From: a virus
Lineage: Duplodnaviria; Caudoviricetes
Strand: one strand, 5' to 3'
IMG/VR virus record: IMGVR_UViG_3300012001_000025
Coordinates: 1-34,893 of that record
DNA length: 34,893 nt
Below the pieces are notes generated by a model that worked only from the letters and a program-made list of their open reading frames with translations, ran no database searches and was not told the DNA's origin. Shown here piece by piece: positions 8,738-18,849 of the stretch; the first letter of the stretch is position 1, and each line of letters begins with the position of its first letter. The position numbers were made by a program, and so were the translations under genes.

Positions 8738-9700
8738 ATGCGACTCAATATGTTCGACTCGCAGCAAGCCTTGAGCTTTCTGATCGAGCAGACCTCGCAC
8801 ATCGATGCCGAGGTGTACAAGGTTCAGTACCCAGACATCATCTACTCGCAGCTGATCCCCATCGACACGTCAGCCAACGAGTGGGCCAAGTCCATCACCT
8901 ACTTCTCGATGGACAAGGTAGGTCAGGCCGATTGGTTCGACGGCAACGCGACCGACATGCGGCTGGCCAACATCAACCGCAACAAGTTCGAGCAGGGCGT
9001 CGAGATGGCCGGTATCGGCTATCGCTACACCCTCGAAGAACTTGGGCAGGCGATGCTGGTCTCCGGTCTCAACCTCAGCGCCGAACGCGCCGAGGCCGCG
9101 AGCTATGCCTACGAGTCCTTCATGGACAAGCTGGCTTACCTCGGCGACAGCAACAAGGGCTTCACCGGCCTGATCAACAACGCCAGTGTCACCATCATTC
9201 AGGCGGCAGCGACCGGCACCGGCAGCAGCAAGCTGTGGAGCACCAAGACCGCCGACCAGATGATCACTGACGTTCAGGCGGCGCTCAGCGGCGTCTACGA
9301 GGGATCGAACACGGTCGAGATGGCCGACACCATCCTGCTTCCGGTCGACGCCATCCAGCAGCTCTCCATCGCGCGCATTCCCAACACCACCGCCACGGCG
9401 CTGGAGTACCTCTCGAAGAACAACCTGTACACACACGTCACCGGGCAGACGTTGACCATTCGTGGCGTTCTCGGTCTAGGCACCGCAGGCGGCGGTGGCG
9501 TCGGTCGCATGGTCGCCTACCGCAAGGACCCGCGCGTACTGAAGCTGCACGTGCCCATGCCGCACCGCTTCCTGCCCGTGTGGCAGACTGGCCCGATGAC
9601 CTTCGACATTCCCGGCATCTTCCGCACCGGCAGTGTCGAGATTCGTCGCACGGCAGCGGTACGATACGTCGACGGCATCACCGACGGCTCCACGGTGTAA
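8738..9700 (+). CDS. Major capsid protein, DUF2184 (encapsulin-like HK97 fold)
   Basis: AAGGAG SD. FLIEQTSHIDAEVYKVQYPDIIY, GYRYTLEEL, GLINN, RMVAYRKDP, GSVEIRR..AVRYVDGI. 320 aa. Confidence 0.9.
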   Translation: MRLNMFDSQQALSFLIEQTSHIDAEVYKVQYPDIIYSQLIPIDTSANEWAKSITYFSMDKVGQADWFDGNATDMRLANINRNKFEQGVEMAGIGYRYTLEELGQAMLVSGLNLSAERAEAASYAYESFMDKLAYLGDSNKGFTGLINNASVTIIQAAATGTGSSKLWSTKTADQMITDVQAALSGVYEGSNTVEMADTILLPVDAIQQLSIARIPNTTATALEYLSKNNLYTHVTGQTLTIRGVLGLGTAGGGGVGRMVAYRKDPRVLKLHVPMPHRFLPVWQTGPMTFDIPGIFRTGSVEIRRTAAVRYVDGITDGSTV

Positions 9701-9706
9701 TTCAAC

Positions 9707-9744
9707 ATGAGTGCGCGGGGCCACGCGCGGTCCCGCGCACTCAT
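9707..9744 (+). terminator. Strong hairpin after the major capsid gene
   Basis: ATGAGTGCGCGGG...CCCGCGCACTCAT forms a 13-bp perfect stem, extendable by 3 bp. No clear U-tract. Confidence 0.6.
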
Positions 9745-9813
9745 TACTGGGGCCAACAAGTCATCACCGCAGGCATCACAGAAACTTCAACCAGAACCCA
9801 ATGGAGAATTGAC

Positions 9814-10263
9814 ATGGTAGACCAGAACGATACCACCGACAACACTGGTCGCGTGACCCACCACGACAAGCCCAAGACCTCGCGTCACAACGTCACCAAC
9901 CCGACGCGTGCGGACCACGTCATCAATACCGTGGACGGCAAGAAGATGGTGATCCCCGCTGGCAAGGTGGTGGAGAACGTCGAGATCGCGGACACTGAGG
10001 TAGAGTCGCTCAAGGACACACACAAGAAGATGGGCGATGGCAACTTCATCTCGCTGACACCGGGGTCCGGAGGCAACGACGGCAAGGGGCCGGAGTACAA
10101 GCCTCTGCCTAGCGATCAACTGACGCGCAGTCCACGACCCGGCGACGAGCCGTCCAAGGACAAGTCATTCGACCCGGCCCGCAACCCGCTGCCGGGACAG
10201 GACACGACCAACGTAGCTCGCGAGACGCAGGGCAAACCTGCGCAGCAACCCGTCAAGAAGTAA
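9814..10263 (+). CDS. Hypothetical protein with disordered C-terminus
   Basis: GGAGA SD before ATG 9814 (MVDQNDTT). Codon usage matches the phage. Sits immediately after the capsid gene. Confidence 0.75.
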   Translation: MVDQNDTTDNTGRVTHHDKPKTSRHNVTNPTRADHVINTVDGKKMVIPAGKVVENVEIADTEVESLKDTHKKMGDGNFISLTPGSGGNDGKGPEYKPLPSDQLTRSPRPGDEPSKDKSFDPARNPLPGQDTTNVARETQGKPAQQPVKK

Positions 10264-10274
10264 GCAGTCAGCCA

Positions 10275-10304
10275 CCAGCACCACGGGACCATTCGTGGTG
10301 CTGG
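10275..10304 (+). terminator. Intergenic hairpin
   Basis: CCAGCACCACG-8 nt-CGTGGTGCTGG, an 11-bp stem. No U-tract. Confidence 0.5.
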
Positions 10305-10337
10305 CCTCACTCAACCCAATCATAAGGAGCGGACCGC

Positions 10338-10757
10338 ATGTCCAATCAGTTTTACCCAAAGTTTAAGCAGTCCCTCCTGACGGAGGCCGATGCCAACAAG
10401 TCATTGGACCAGAACAGCTCGACCAATGGACCGTTCGCCGCGTTCATTGACGAGGGTACCTACACCTACAGCGCGTCGCATCAGTTCTACTCGGACCTGA
10501 GCGGCATCGTTGGCACCGACCAGAACATCGCCAGCCCGACAGTCGTCAACGGCCTGTTCGACGGCGCTGACGTCACGTTCACGTCCGTCACTGGCGCGTC
10601 CATCGAGGCCATCGTGATCTACCGCAAGAACTCCGGTGCCAACACGACGTGGCGTCTGGTGATGTTCGACGACACCTCGATCACGGGCATTCCGGTGACG
10701 CCGAACAGTGGCAACATCACCATCACGTGGAACGCGTCTGGGATTGCGCAACTGTGA
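10338..10757 (+). CDS. Putative small virion structural protein (beta-rich)
   Basis: AAGGAG SD. FDGADVTFTSVTGASIEAIVIY...PVTPNSGNITITWNASGI. Confidence 0.75.
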   Translation: MSNQFYPKFKQSLLTEADANKSLDQNSSTNGPFAAFIDEGTYTYSASHQFYSDLSGIVGTDQNIASPTVVNGLFDGADVTFTSVTGASIEAIVIYRKNSGANTTWRLVMFDDTSITGIPVTPNSGNITITWNASGIAQL

Positions 10758-11071
10758 GCCCCCCGGTACTCGCCAATCCCAAGGACCCGCTGCGTGGTGT
10801 CGGCCCGCAGGCCGGACGCGAATTGTTCGAGGCAATGTCACGTCTTGCCAGCGGTCACGCGCAGCAAGACGTCATCGACGCGGCGACCAGTATGCTGATC
10901 AACCTGATCCGGCAGAAGCACGCATCGCGCTCGCTGGCCGAGGCCGAGTTCGACGAGTTGCTTGGACGCAGCAAGTCGCTGCTGATGCAGCACTACGACG
11001 GCATGACGGGCCGTCGCAGGCCGACGTTCGCGTTCCCGCAATTCATCAACGTCAAGTCGGTGGTGCGCTAG
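10754..11071 (+). CDS. Hypothetical helical protein
   Basis: GTGA overlap with the previous stop. Fills the gap to 11072. Confidence 0.65.
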   Translation: MSPPVLANPKDPLRGVGPQAGRELFEAMSRLASGHAQQDVIDAATSMLINLIRQKHASRSLAEAEFDELLGRSKSLLMQHYDGMTGRRRPTFAFPQFINVKSVVR

Positions 11072-12818
11072 GTGGCTTTACCGGCAACGCAATGGTACGT
11101 GAACTTTGGCGATGGCTCGACGACAGGTTACTTCGCCGTGGCGAAGTTCACCGCGTCGCACGCCTACATCGTAGGGCAGTTGATCCGCCAGCTGACGGCA
11201 CCAGCCGTCGGCAGCGAGCGCGTGTTCGTCTGCATTCTTGGAGGCACGAGCGGCGCGGAACCGACGTGGACCATCACGCGCGGAGCCAAGAATACCAGCA
11301 CGACACCTGTGTTTCAGGAGTGCACTGGGCAGGCCGGTGTCAACGGCGACATCACGAATACCCCGGCATGGCTCGCGGTCAAGGCCACTGCGGTCGCGCT
11401 CGGCGCGATCATCAAGGACGCTGCTGGCACGCACCTGTTCATTGCGTCTACCGCAGGAACAGCGGGCAGTGGCGCAGAACCAAGCTGGAGCATCGGCACC
11501 GTTGGCAACACCACGGCGGACAACACCGTGACGTGGACCTATATCGGCCTCGCCTCGTCCTTCTCTGGTGGAGCCGCCCCTCATGCAAGACTGGCGAATG
11601 CGCTGACTGCCACGTGGTCGCAGGGTACCGAGACCATCTACGTCGGCGATAACCATGCCGAAACACAATCTACAGCCATAACGCTAACGGGGTCGAGTAG
11701 TATCGTTCTTGCATCACAGAACATATTGTGTCACGACCATTTGGGCAGCTATCCACCTGCGAGCAGTGACCTAACGACTGGGGCGAGCATCACCTCCTCC
11801 TCCGGGGCGATAACATGGTCGGCGCCTAACATTTATGTCAGGGGGATTGAGTCCAAGCATACCGGGACCACATCTATTGGAATAATGCTGGGCAACGGTA
11901 CAAACTGCTACCAAAGATTTGAACTCTGTCCTATCACGTTCACCAGCACTTCGCAATTCCTTGCTATCGGTACAACTGGCGCTTCACGTAATAGCCGCGT
12001 TATTCAAGACAACTGTACATTCACTTTTACTGGGCAACAAATTCAAACAAATAACATTTATGAGTGGGAATGGAGGAACAGCGCTTTCGTAGGGACGGCA
12101 TTTGCATCTGCAACAGGTCTTATACTCGGTGGTGCATGCAGCAGCGTATGGGTACACGGCGTCGATCTGAGCGTCATCACAACCACGCTTATGAGTTCAG
12201 CCAGTAATTCCTACGTCCTTCTTGACCGCTGCAAAATAAACGCATCGGCCACAATTGCCAACCCGTCTCAATCCAATAGCGCAACTTTAGTCCTTTCAAA
12301 ATGTGATAGTGGCTCTGTCAACTACCGCGATGAGTTATACACCCCCGGTGGCACCTTGACGACTGAGACAACTGTAGTGCGCACGGGGGGCCAGAGCGAC
12401 GGCACGACGGCAATCTCACGCAAAGTAGTAACTGGCACAAACGTGACATGGGTTGCCCCGTTCGAAGGTTTCCCAATCGTCGTGTGGAACGAAACGGTTG
12501 GTACACCAGTCACCATTACGCTCTACGGCATCTGGGGCGACGGAGCGGTGCCGAATAACGACGACTTCTGGATCGACGTGGAGTATCTCGGGACCAGTGC
12601 CGATCCGATCTTCGTCGCGCGCGACGGACACGAAGGCCGACGTGCTCGCATCAAATGCCGCACTTGACACTGACAGTTCGTCATGGGGTGGCTCTACTAC
12701 GCCATTCAGCGCGAGCGTCACAATAACGCCACAGGAGAAGGGGTACATCTACGTGATGCCGAAGACGGCGAAGCCATCGACCACCATCTATTATGACGAA
12801 AAATTGTTGGTGGCCTAA
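11072..12818 (+). CDS. Putative virion fibre/adhesin with two CBM-like modules and a beta-helix-like core (apparent +1 frameshift near 12611)
   Basis: Two modules ...VFVCILGGTSGAEPTW and ...LFIASTAGTAGSGAEPSW...DNTVTWTY. Ser/Thr/Asn/Cys-rich middle. ORF 11072..12667 continues in ORF 12453..12818. Confidence 0.65.
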
Positions 12819-12820
12819 CC

Positions 12821-14855
12821 GTGTCACGTCAAACAACTATTGTCGGCATATACGGACTCATTACTCTTGACGAGACGAGCACGCGTCAAAGTGCTCTGTC
12901 CAGTACAGCGATCAATGAAACACTGACGATTTTCTTATTCCCGCCGCTGCTCGCCAGTGAGAGCAACGTATTCGACCCCAGTGTCACCAGCGACTATGTG
13001 TTGATCGCTCCGCTGCTCGCCAGCGAGAACAGCTTCTTCGCCCCAACTGTTACCTGTGACTACACACTGGACGCTCCGCTGCTCGCCAGTGAGAACAACG
13101 TATTCGACCCCACCGTCACAACGCCCGGCGACGTGTTGTTCCCGCCGCTGCTCGCCAGTGAGAGCAACGCATTCGACCCCACCGTCACCCCCGGCTCGGT
13201 CGACGTTGATCCACCACTGCTCGCCAGCGAGAGTGTTGTCTACGACCCCACCGTCACCACGACATATGTGGTTCAGCCCGCATTGCTCGCCAGCGAGGGC
13301 GCGATCTACGACCCGACGGTCACCGCGACCTACGACTTGCTCGCGCCGGTGTTGTCTAGCGAGAACATCATCTACGATCCGGTCGTCACACATGGTGACG
13401 TTGTGCTACCGCCGCTGTTGGCCAGCGTCAGTGTCATATTTGCTCCAGCAGTCGTCTCGCAGTTCAACATGGGCGCTCCGCTGCTGACCAGCGCCAACGT
13501 GATCTATCCGCCGCGCATCGACCGCGCCGTGTTCACGTCGCTATTGACCAACGCGAGTAACATCCTCGATCCCACCGTGACTGGCTCGCTGGTGCCGCCG
13601 CTGCTGGTCAACGTCAACTCATTCTTCTCGTCAAGCGTGACCACCGGTCCGGTTACGGTAATGCCGCCGCTGCTCGTGGACGCAGAAGTGTTCTTCACGC
13701 CGACGGTGCAGTTGCAAAAGAAAACCGGTGGCAACGGTGGTGGCGGCTCGGGTGGCACCGTAAACAGCAACCTGAAATACGCATCCACCGTCACCATGAC
13801 CGAAGGTGGCTTGATCACCGCGTTGGAGGTCACGGCCAGCGTGTCCAACGTGGTCAACACACGCATGATGATCTACGCCAACGCTGCGGGCAACGTGCCG
13901 GGGGCACTGCTGGCGCGTAGTGTGGACAAGACAAGTGTAGCAGTGGGGACCAACGACTACGCGCTGTTAACGCCGCTCTCAGTGTTGGCGGGGACCGTGC
14001 TGTGGATCGCGCTGCAGAGCGACGGTAACTTCAACTGGTTCCTGACCAACTCGCCGGGCGGCGCGCGCTACAATACCGACCTGTTCTCGGATGGTCCATC
14101 CGATCCATTTGGATCGTCGTCGACAGACAACAAGAAGGCACCCGTATTCACGGTATTCTTGTCGGCGGTCAACGCGACAGTGCTTACACCCGTTGCTGGC
14201 CAGCGCCAGCCCGTTCCCGTCACCCGCTGTGACGCGCGACAACGCCGTGCTGCCGTCCCTGCTCGTGAACGACAATTTCTTCTATGCACCAAGCGTGCAG
14301 GTATACAGCGTTGTGCTGCCTCCACTGCTGAATAACGTGAGTGTGCTGTCGTCCCCGTCCGCGTTGATCGACACCGTTGCACTGCTGCCACCACTGCTCG
14401 GCAGCGAGAACGTCATCCTCTCGCCGAACGTGGGCTCCACAGGCACGGTGTTCCCGCCGCTACTCGCCAGCGAGAACGTCGTCTACGATCCGGTGGTCGT
14501 GCCCGTCGGCGGCACGGTGCTGCCACCGCTGCTCGACAACGAGAACGTCGTCTACGACCCCGTCGTGTCCATTGACGACCGCACGGTCGGCCCCCCGGTC
14601 ATTGCGAGCTGGGACCAGTTCATCTACGACCCGGTCGTGACCATCGAGGGTGGGCTGGTGTCGCTGGTCCCACCGCTACTCGAGAGCGAGAATCATCTGT
14701 TCCTGCCGAGCCTCGCGCCGGTCAGGCGGTCACGCGTGATCAACCTGACAGGCAGCAGGTCATCAGTGTCCCTCGCTGCGCGGAAGGACAACGGGGTTGC
14801 CCTGCGCGGTGACCGTGGGCACGCGGACATAGAACTGGAGCTGGACGATGCTTGA
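12821..14855 (+). CDS. Repeat protein with about 20 PPLLASENxxYDPxVT units (apparent +1 frameshift near 14190)
   Basis: Twelve roughly 22-aa repeats, a Gly-linked globular domain, then about 8 more repeats in ORF 14091..14855. Confidence 0.8.
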
Positions 14856-15210
14856 ACCGCAGAACTTCACCGTGTGGGCTGACAACGGCACGACGATCAA
14901 CATCGACATTGACCCGGACAATGGGGTGACATTGGTAGGCTCAACGATTTTGTTTCGGGTCTATGAGCAGGCGTTCGGTGAGCCAATACCCGGAGTGGAC
15001 CCGGTGATTGTGAAGTCGAATGCGCCGGGTGGCATAGTGGTCACGGACCCGGACAAGCAACAGCTCGCGGTCACCATCGACGCTGCCGACGTGGTGGCGT
15101 TGTTGCGCAACTATTACTGGGAGGCCACGGTGATCGACCCCGGCAGTGATCCGGTCACCATAGGGTTCGGCATCATGACGGTAGGCGGCACCGAGAACAG
15201 GGTAGCGTGA
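14848..15210 (+). CDS. Small beta-sandwich virion protein (BppU-N-like)
   Basis: LVGSTILFRV...GGIVVTD...VTIDAADV...YYWEATV...GIMTV. GGAG upstream. Confidence 0.6.
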   Translation: MLEPQNFTVWADNGTTINIDIDPDNGVTLVGSTILFRVYEQAFGEPIPGVDPVIVKSNAPGGIVVTDPDKQQLAVTIDAADVVALLRNYYWEATVIDPGSDPVTIGFGIMTVGGTENRVA

Positions 15211-15283
15211 TGTGGATACGCGCGGTCTCGAGATCGTCATCCAGATTTGCAGGATACAGATACAGCGGGAAAGGGAGAAATTG

Positions 15284-15574
15284 ATGACACCGAAACTGAG
15301 TGGAGCACTGGAGGCTCTGAAGAAATTGAAGTCATTTGCCGAGGACGAGGGAGACAAACTTGCCCGGCGATGCGTGGACGCCGAGCCACAATTGGTCAAG
15401 GCGTTCGAGGGCGCGCACGCGTCGGTCGACAAGCTGGTGACCGGGGTGCAGGACATTGTTGACTTCACGGACGCACTCAACAAGACCAACGGTGGTGACC
15501 CTTTGGACGAGTCCGAGAAATCCTCGACCGTTGTCGCAATGCCACCGCGCTCATCTGAGGTCGCACAGCGATGA
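15284..15574 (+). CDS. Hypothetical helical protein
   Basis: AAGGGAG SD before ATG 15284 (alternative GTG at 15212). ATGA overlap with the next gene. Confidence 0.65.
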   Translation: MTPKLSGALEALKKLKSFAEDEGDKLARRCVDAEPQLVKAFEGAHASVDKLVTGVQDIVDFTDALNKTNGGDPLDESEKSSTVVAMPPRSSEVAQR

Positions 15575-15936
15575 CCGCGCCCACTGCCCTCAGCATGAAG
15601 CTGAAATTTCCGGAGTTCGCCGGATTGGTGGACACCACCATCGAGTTCGCCATCGAGGAGGCTGGTATAAATTTCACCGGTAATTCCAACTGGGTCAGCG
15701 ACGCGAACCAGACCTTGGCCTACATGTACCTGACGGCGCACCACCTGATGGTCACATTGGCGCGGGTGCAATCTGGAACTGGACAGCGCATCAAGAGCGA
15801 GAGCATGGACGGCATGTCCATTACCTACGACACTGATGGCAAGACACCAGACTCCGGTGACTACACCACAACGTCCTATGGCTCGCGCTATCTCGACCTC
15901 ATCGAGATGAATTTTCCTGCGATTGGTCTGATCTGA
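15571..15936 (+). CDS. Head-tail connector, DUF4054-like
   Basis: KFPEF...YLTAHHL...SESMDGMSITY...TSYGSRYLDL. Confidence 0.8.
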   Translation: MTAPTALSMKLKFPEFAGLVDTTIEFAIEEAGINFTGNSNWVSDANQTLAYMYLTAHHLMVTLARVQSGTGQRIKSESMDGMSITYDTDGKTPDSGDYTTTSYGSRYLDLIEMNFPAIGLI

Positions 15937-16313
15937 TGCCGAACATCGACTGGACCCAGTCGCGATTGAAGTGGCACAATCTGATTGGCTTCTATTCCGG
16001 GTGGAACAGTGCCGTACTCAGGCGCGCTGGTATCACCGACCGTCCGTGCGTAGTCTGTGTCTCGGAGTTCACACCGCGCGAGCGCGCGGGTGGTATGGTC
16101 AACCCGGAGGACATGAAGGCGCGCGTTAGTGCACTGACACCAGACGGCGTCACGTTGCTGACACCGGAGCCGAACAACGATGCCGGTGACGTGTTGATAT
16201 TGTTCAACCCTGACGGTACGGAGCAGCGTCCGTATCGCATCACGGCGCGTCCCAAGCGGCAGGAGCCGCAGGCTGGCGTCACACTATTCTGGACCTTGCA
16301 GGTGAGGCGATGA
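15936..16313 (+). CDS. Putative head closure/stopper protein
   Basis: Position after the connector, 125 aa, ends FWTLQVRR. Translationally coupled on both sides. Confidence 0.6.
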   Translation: MPNIDWTQSRLKWHNLIGFYSGWNSAVLRRAGITDRPCVVCVSEFTPRERAGGMVNPEDMKARVSALTPDGVTLLTPEPNNDAGDVLILFNPDGTEQRPYRITARPKRQEPQAGVTLFWTLQVRR

Positions 16314-16804
16314 ACGACATCCGAGAGCTGATCATGACGCGCATCGGAGAGCTACTCGCCGAGGTGACTGGAATCGTCGGGGTGTTTCGTGACCGCGGGG
16401 AGCTACCACCGCAGGACAAGACCCCCGGCATCATCCTGCTGGATGGCAAGGAGGAGCTGAAGACGCCGCTGGGCGGCGACAACTTCACGGCCATGCCCGT
16501 CGCCGTGTTCACCCTGCTGCCGCAGGTGTTCCTCGTGTTGTCGCTGCGGGATACCGTCGACAACACCACATTGAACGGAGTGTCCGATCCTGTGTGGACG
16601 GAGATGTCCGCGTTCCGCGCAAAGATCGTCTACGCCATGCTGACCGACGACGATCTTGTCGCACTGATCGGGGACAACGGCTCTATCGAGTATCGTGGCT
16701 TCGATAGTGACATGCAGACTGGTAGCACCCTGGGATCGCTTGGTGCCACCATGCAATTCTACTTTGCGATCTCTTACGTGCTTGATCCAAGCGAACTTGT
16801 TTAA
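16310..16804 (+). CDS. Putative tail terminator protein
   Basis: Acidic 164-aa protein directly before the tail tube gene. IRELIM..I...PGIILLDG.E...ISYVLDP. Confidence 0.6.
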   Translation: MNDIRELIMTRIGELLAEVTGIVGVFRDRGELPPQDKTPGIILLDGKEELKTPLGGDNFTAMPVAVFTLLPQVFLVLSLRDTVDNTTLNGVSDPVWTEMSAFRAKIVYAMLTDDDLVALIGDNGSIEYRGFDSDMQTGSTLGSLGATMQFYFAISYVLDPSELV

Positions 16805-16826
16805 CCCCTGAAGGAGAACACTGACA

Positions 16827-17651
16827 ATGCCCGCAATTAAATCCCCCAACCCGCGCAACTATGCCGTCAGCAAGGGTTTCTGCATCTTCACCCCCGACGA
16901 CACGCTTGTCGATCACCACCTCGGCAACATGACGCAGTGGCTCTACACGCCGAAGATCGAGATTCTGCCTCACTACAGCACCATGGCTCCGATCAAGGTG
17001 CAGGACTTCACCACCATCCTTCAGGCCGGTGGCAGCGTGCGCGCCGATCTCGAGGAAATGACAGCGTACAATCTGTCCCTGTTCTTTCAGGGATCGGTCG
17101 ACGTCAGTGACCCGGACAACGTGAAGGTCGGCATCTACGACATCCTGGAGTCCATCACCGGCAGGATGCGGTTCTATGCTACCAACAACGTCGGTCCGCG
17201 TTGGGTGTTCGACCTCACGCGCGTTCAGCTCACCCCGAGCGACACGCTCAACATGATCTCGAACGAATACAACAAAATGCCGATCACCATGTCGCACATC
17301 ATCGACGACGAGGGGTTGTTTGGAACGATCACTCTGCAGCCCGACATCAGGACCGTGGCACCGCAGAACATCTTCGCACCGTTCATCGACGGTCCGCTGC
17401 ATCTCGGCGACGATCCAGCGTTCGCACAGGTCGGAGAAGTCATGCAGGCCAACGTGGGCCAGTGGATCGCGGCACAGGGCTTCGCCTATCAGTGGAAGCT
17501 CGCCGGTGTCAATATCAGCGGCGCGACCGCCAAGTATTACACGCCGGTCAGTGGCGATATCGGGTCAGTGCTGTCGTGTGCCATCACCGCGCGCAACACC
17601 ATCAGCACCACCACCGTCGTCAGCGGTGACACACTCGCGGTTCACGCGTAA
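16827..17651 (+). CDS. Major tail (tube) protein with C-terminal Ig-like domain
   Basis: AAGGAG SD. NYAVSKG...HLGN...LEEMTAYNL. C-terminus GQW...YQWKLAGVNISGATAKYYT...DIGSVLSCAITARN. Confidence 0.8.
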   Translation: MPAIKSPNPRNYAVSKGFCIFTPDDTLVDHHLGNMTQWLYTPKIEILPHYSTMAPIKVQDFTTILQAGGSVRADLEEMTAYNLSLFFQGSVDVSDPDNVKVGIYDILESITGRMRFYATNNVGPRWVFDLTRVQLTPSDTLNMISNEYNKMPITMSHIIDDEGLFGTITLQPDIRTVAPQNIFAPFIDGPLHLGDDPAFAQVGEVMQANVGQWIAAQGFAYQWKLAGVNISGATAKYYTPVSGDIGSVLSCAITARNTISTTTVVSGDTLAVHA

Positions 17652-17683
17652 CCAATAATATAAACGCGGGGAGATAAAGTGAC

Positions 17684-18157
17684 ATGAGTGGACTGATTGA
17701 ACTGGGACCCCTGACCGAGGAGATCAAGGTCAGGGGGAAGACATTGACGGTCGGTGGCCTGACGGTCGACGACCTCATATTCTTGGTGCAGGCGTTCCCG
17801 CAGATTCTCGACGTCATGGTCGAGGTGCGCGACGACCGCTTGTCCAGCGTCAAGAAGTTGGGGCCACGAATCATCGCGCACATCATTTCGTGCGCGACCG
17901 GGGACCGCAACGACGAGGCCGCGCTACGCGTGGCCGCAAAGCTACCAGCAGGCAAACAACTCGAGATATTCGAGAAGGCGTTTGAGCTGACGTTCGAGGA
18001 GGGAGTAGACCCTTTTCTAGATCGGCTGATGAGGATGGCAACTCATACAGCCAAGACGGTCGTGGGTTCGGAGAGTCCATCAGACGACTCGTTGTCCGCG
18101 TCGTTAGTGGGGGACGAGCCGAGAAAGACGCGCGTGCCTCTACGCCGCGCCAGCTAG
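17684..18157 (+). CDS. Tail assembly chaperone (G-like, unshifted product)
   Basis: Follows the tail tube gene. GGGAG upstream. Contains GAC CCT TTT. Confidence 0.75.
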   Translation: MSGLIELGPLTEEIKVRGKTLTVGGLTVDDLIFLVQAFPQILDVMVEVRDDRLSSVKKLGPRIIAHIISCATGDRNDEAALRVAAKLPAGKQLEIFEKAFELTFEEGVDPFLDRLMRMATHTAKTVVGSESPSDDSLSASLVGDEPRKTRVPLRRAS

Positions 18158-18294
18158 CCGCATGGGCGCTCGACATGGAGCGTGATCAGTCGAATAGACT
18201 GGCCGCGCTCGCCGTGGCCGTCCGCAACGCGCACCATGCCGACAAGGACTTCTTCACTCAGTACATGCAGGAGCTGAGACACAACGCATGGTAG
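18010..18294 (+). CDS. -1 frameshift extension of the tail chaperone (GT-like); slippery site C CCT TTT at 18010-18016
   Basis: X XXY YYZ heptamer in the correct phase. The -1 frame is open from the site to TAG 18292-18294: PFSRSADEDG...STPRQLAAWALDMERD...ELRHNAW. Not in the ORF track. Confidence 0.75.
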   Translation, partial: PFSRSADEDGNSYSQDGRGFGESIRRLVVRVVSGGRAEKDARASTPRQLAAWALDMERDQSNRLAALAVAVRNAHHADKDFFTQYMQELRHNAW

Positions 18295-18849
18295 GCATCA
18301 GGGTATACTTTGACGGCGACAAGACCGGGCCGCTGTTCCGGCGCGGTGCCGTCAGGCAATCCGACCGCGTGCGAGCGTCCGCTCGCGCGGCGGCGCAGGA
18401 TGCCCGCTGCCGAGATCAAGAAGCAGGGCGTCGAGGACATCAAGGCCGCCGGCAAGTTTGGCTCGCGCTGGACCGATGGTCTCAAGGTCGACGTCACCGA
18501 GGGCGGCGGCAACATCCGCGTCGCGGTGCGCGAGGAGGCCGAGCACTGGCAGGTGTTTCAGTTTGGAGCGATAATACACGGCAAGCCTCTGTTGTGGATA
18601 CCACTGTCGTTCGCTACCGACGCGCAGGGCATTCGCGCACGCGACTATCCGGGGCAACTGTTCCGCGTCAACCGCAAGAACGGGAAGGCACCTCTCCTAC
18701 TCACCCCCGGCAAGCCCGCTCAGCCGAAATACTTCGGCAAGGAGTCGGTGACAATACCGAAGAAATTCCATCTGATCGAAATCACGCGCGCTACGGCGAA
18801 GCGATTGAAGGAATTCTACAGCAGCAGGTTCAAGAACTATGGCAAATGA
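18288..18849 (+). CDS. Basic putative tail-completion/HK97 gp10-like protein (apparent +1 frameshift near 18403)
   Basis: MVGIRVYF...AAAQDA joins AAEIKKQG...VFQFGAIIHGKPLLWIPL...SVTIPKKFHL of ORF 18310..18849. Confidence 0.55.

Noticed and set aside
9580-9813. Longer start for the post-capsid gene
   Set aside because: Overlaps the capsid gene and the hairpin. ATG 9814 has a good SD.
12940-13390. Regularly spaced ccgctgctcgccag repeats as a CRISPR array
   Set aside because: In-frame coding repeats with synonymous variation and mutually similar 'spacers'. No cas genes.
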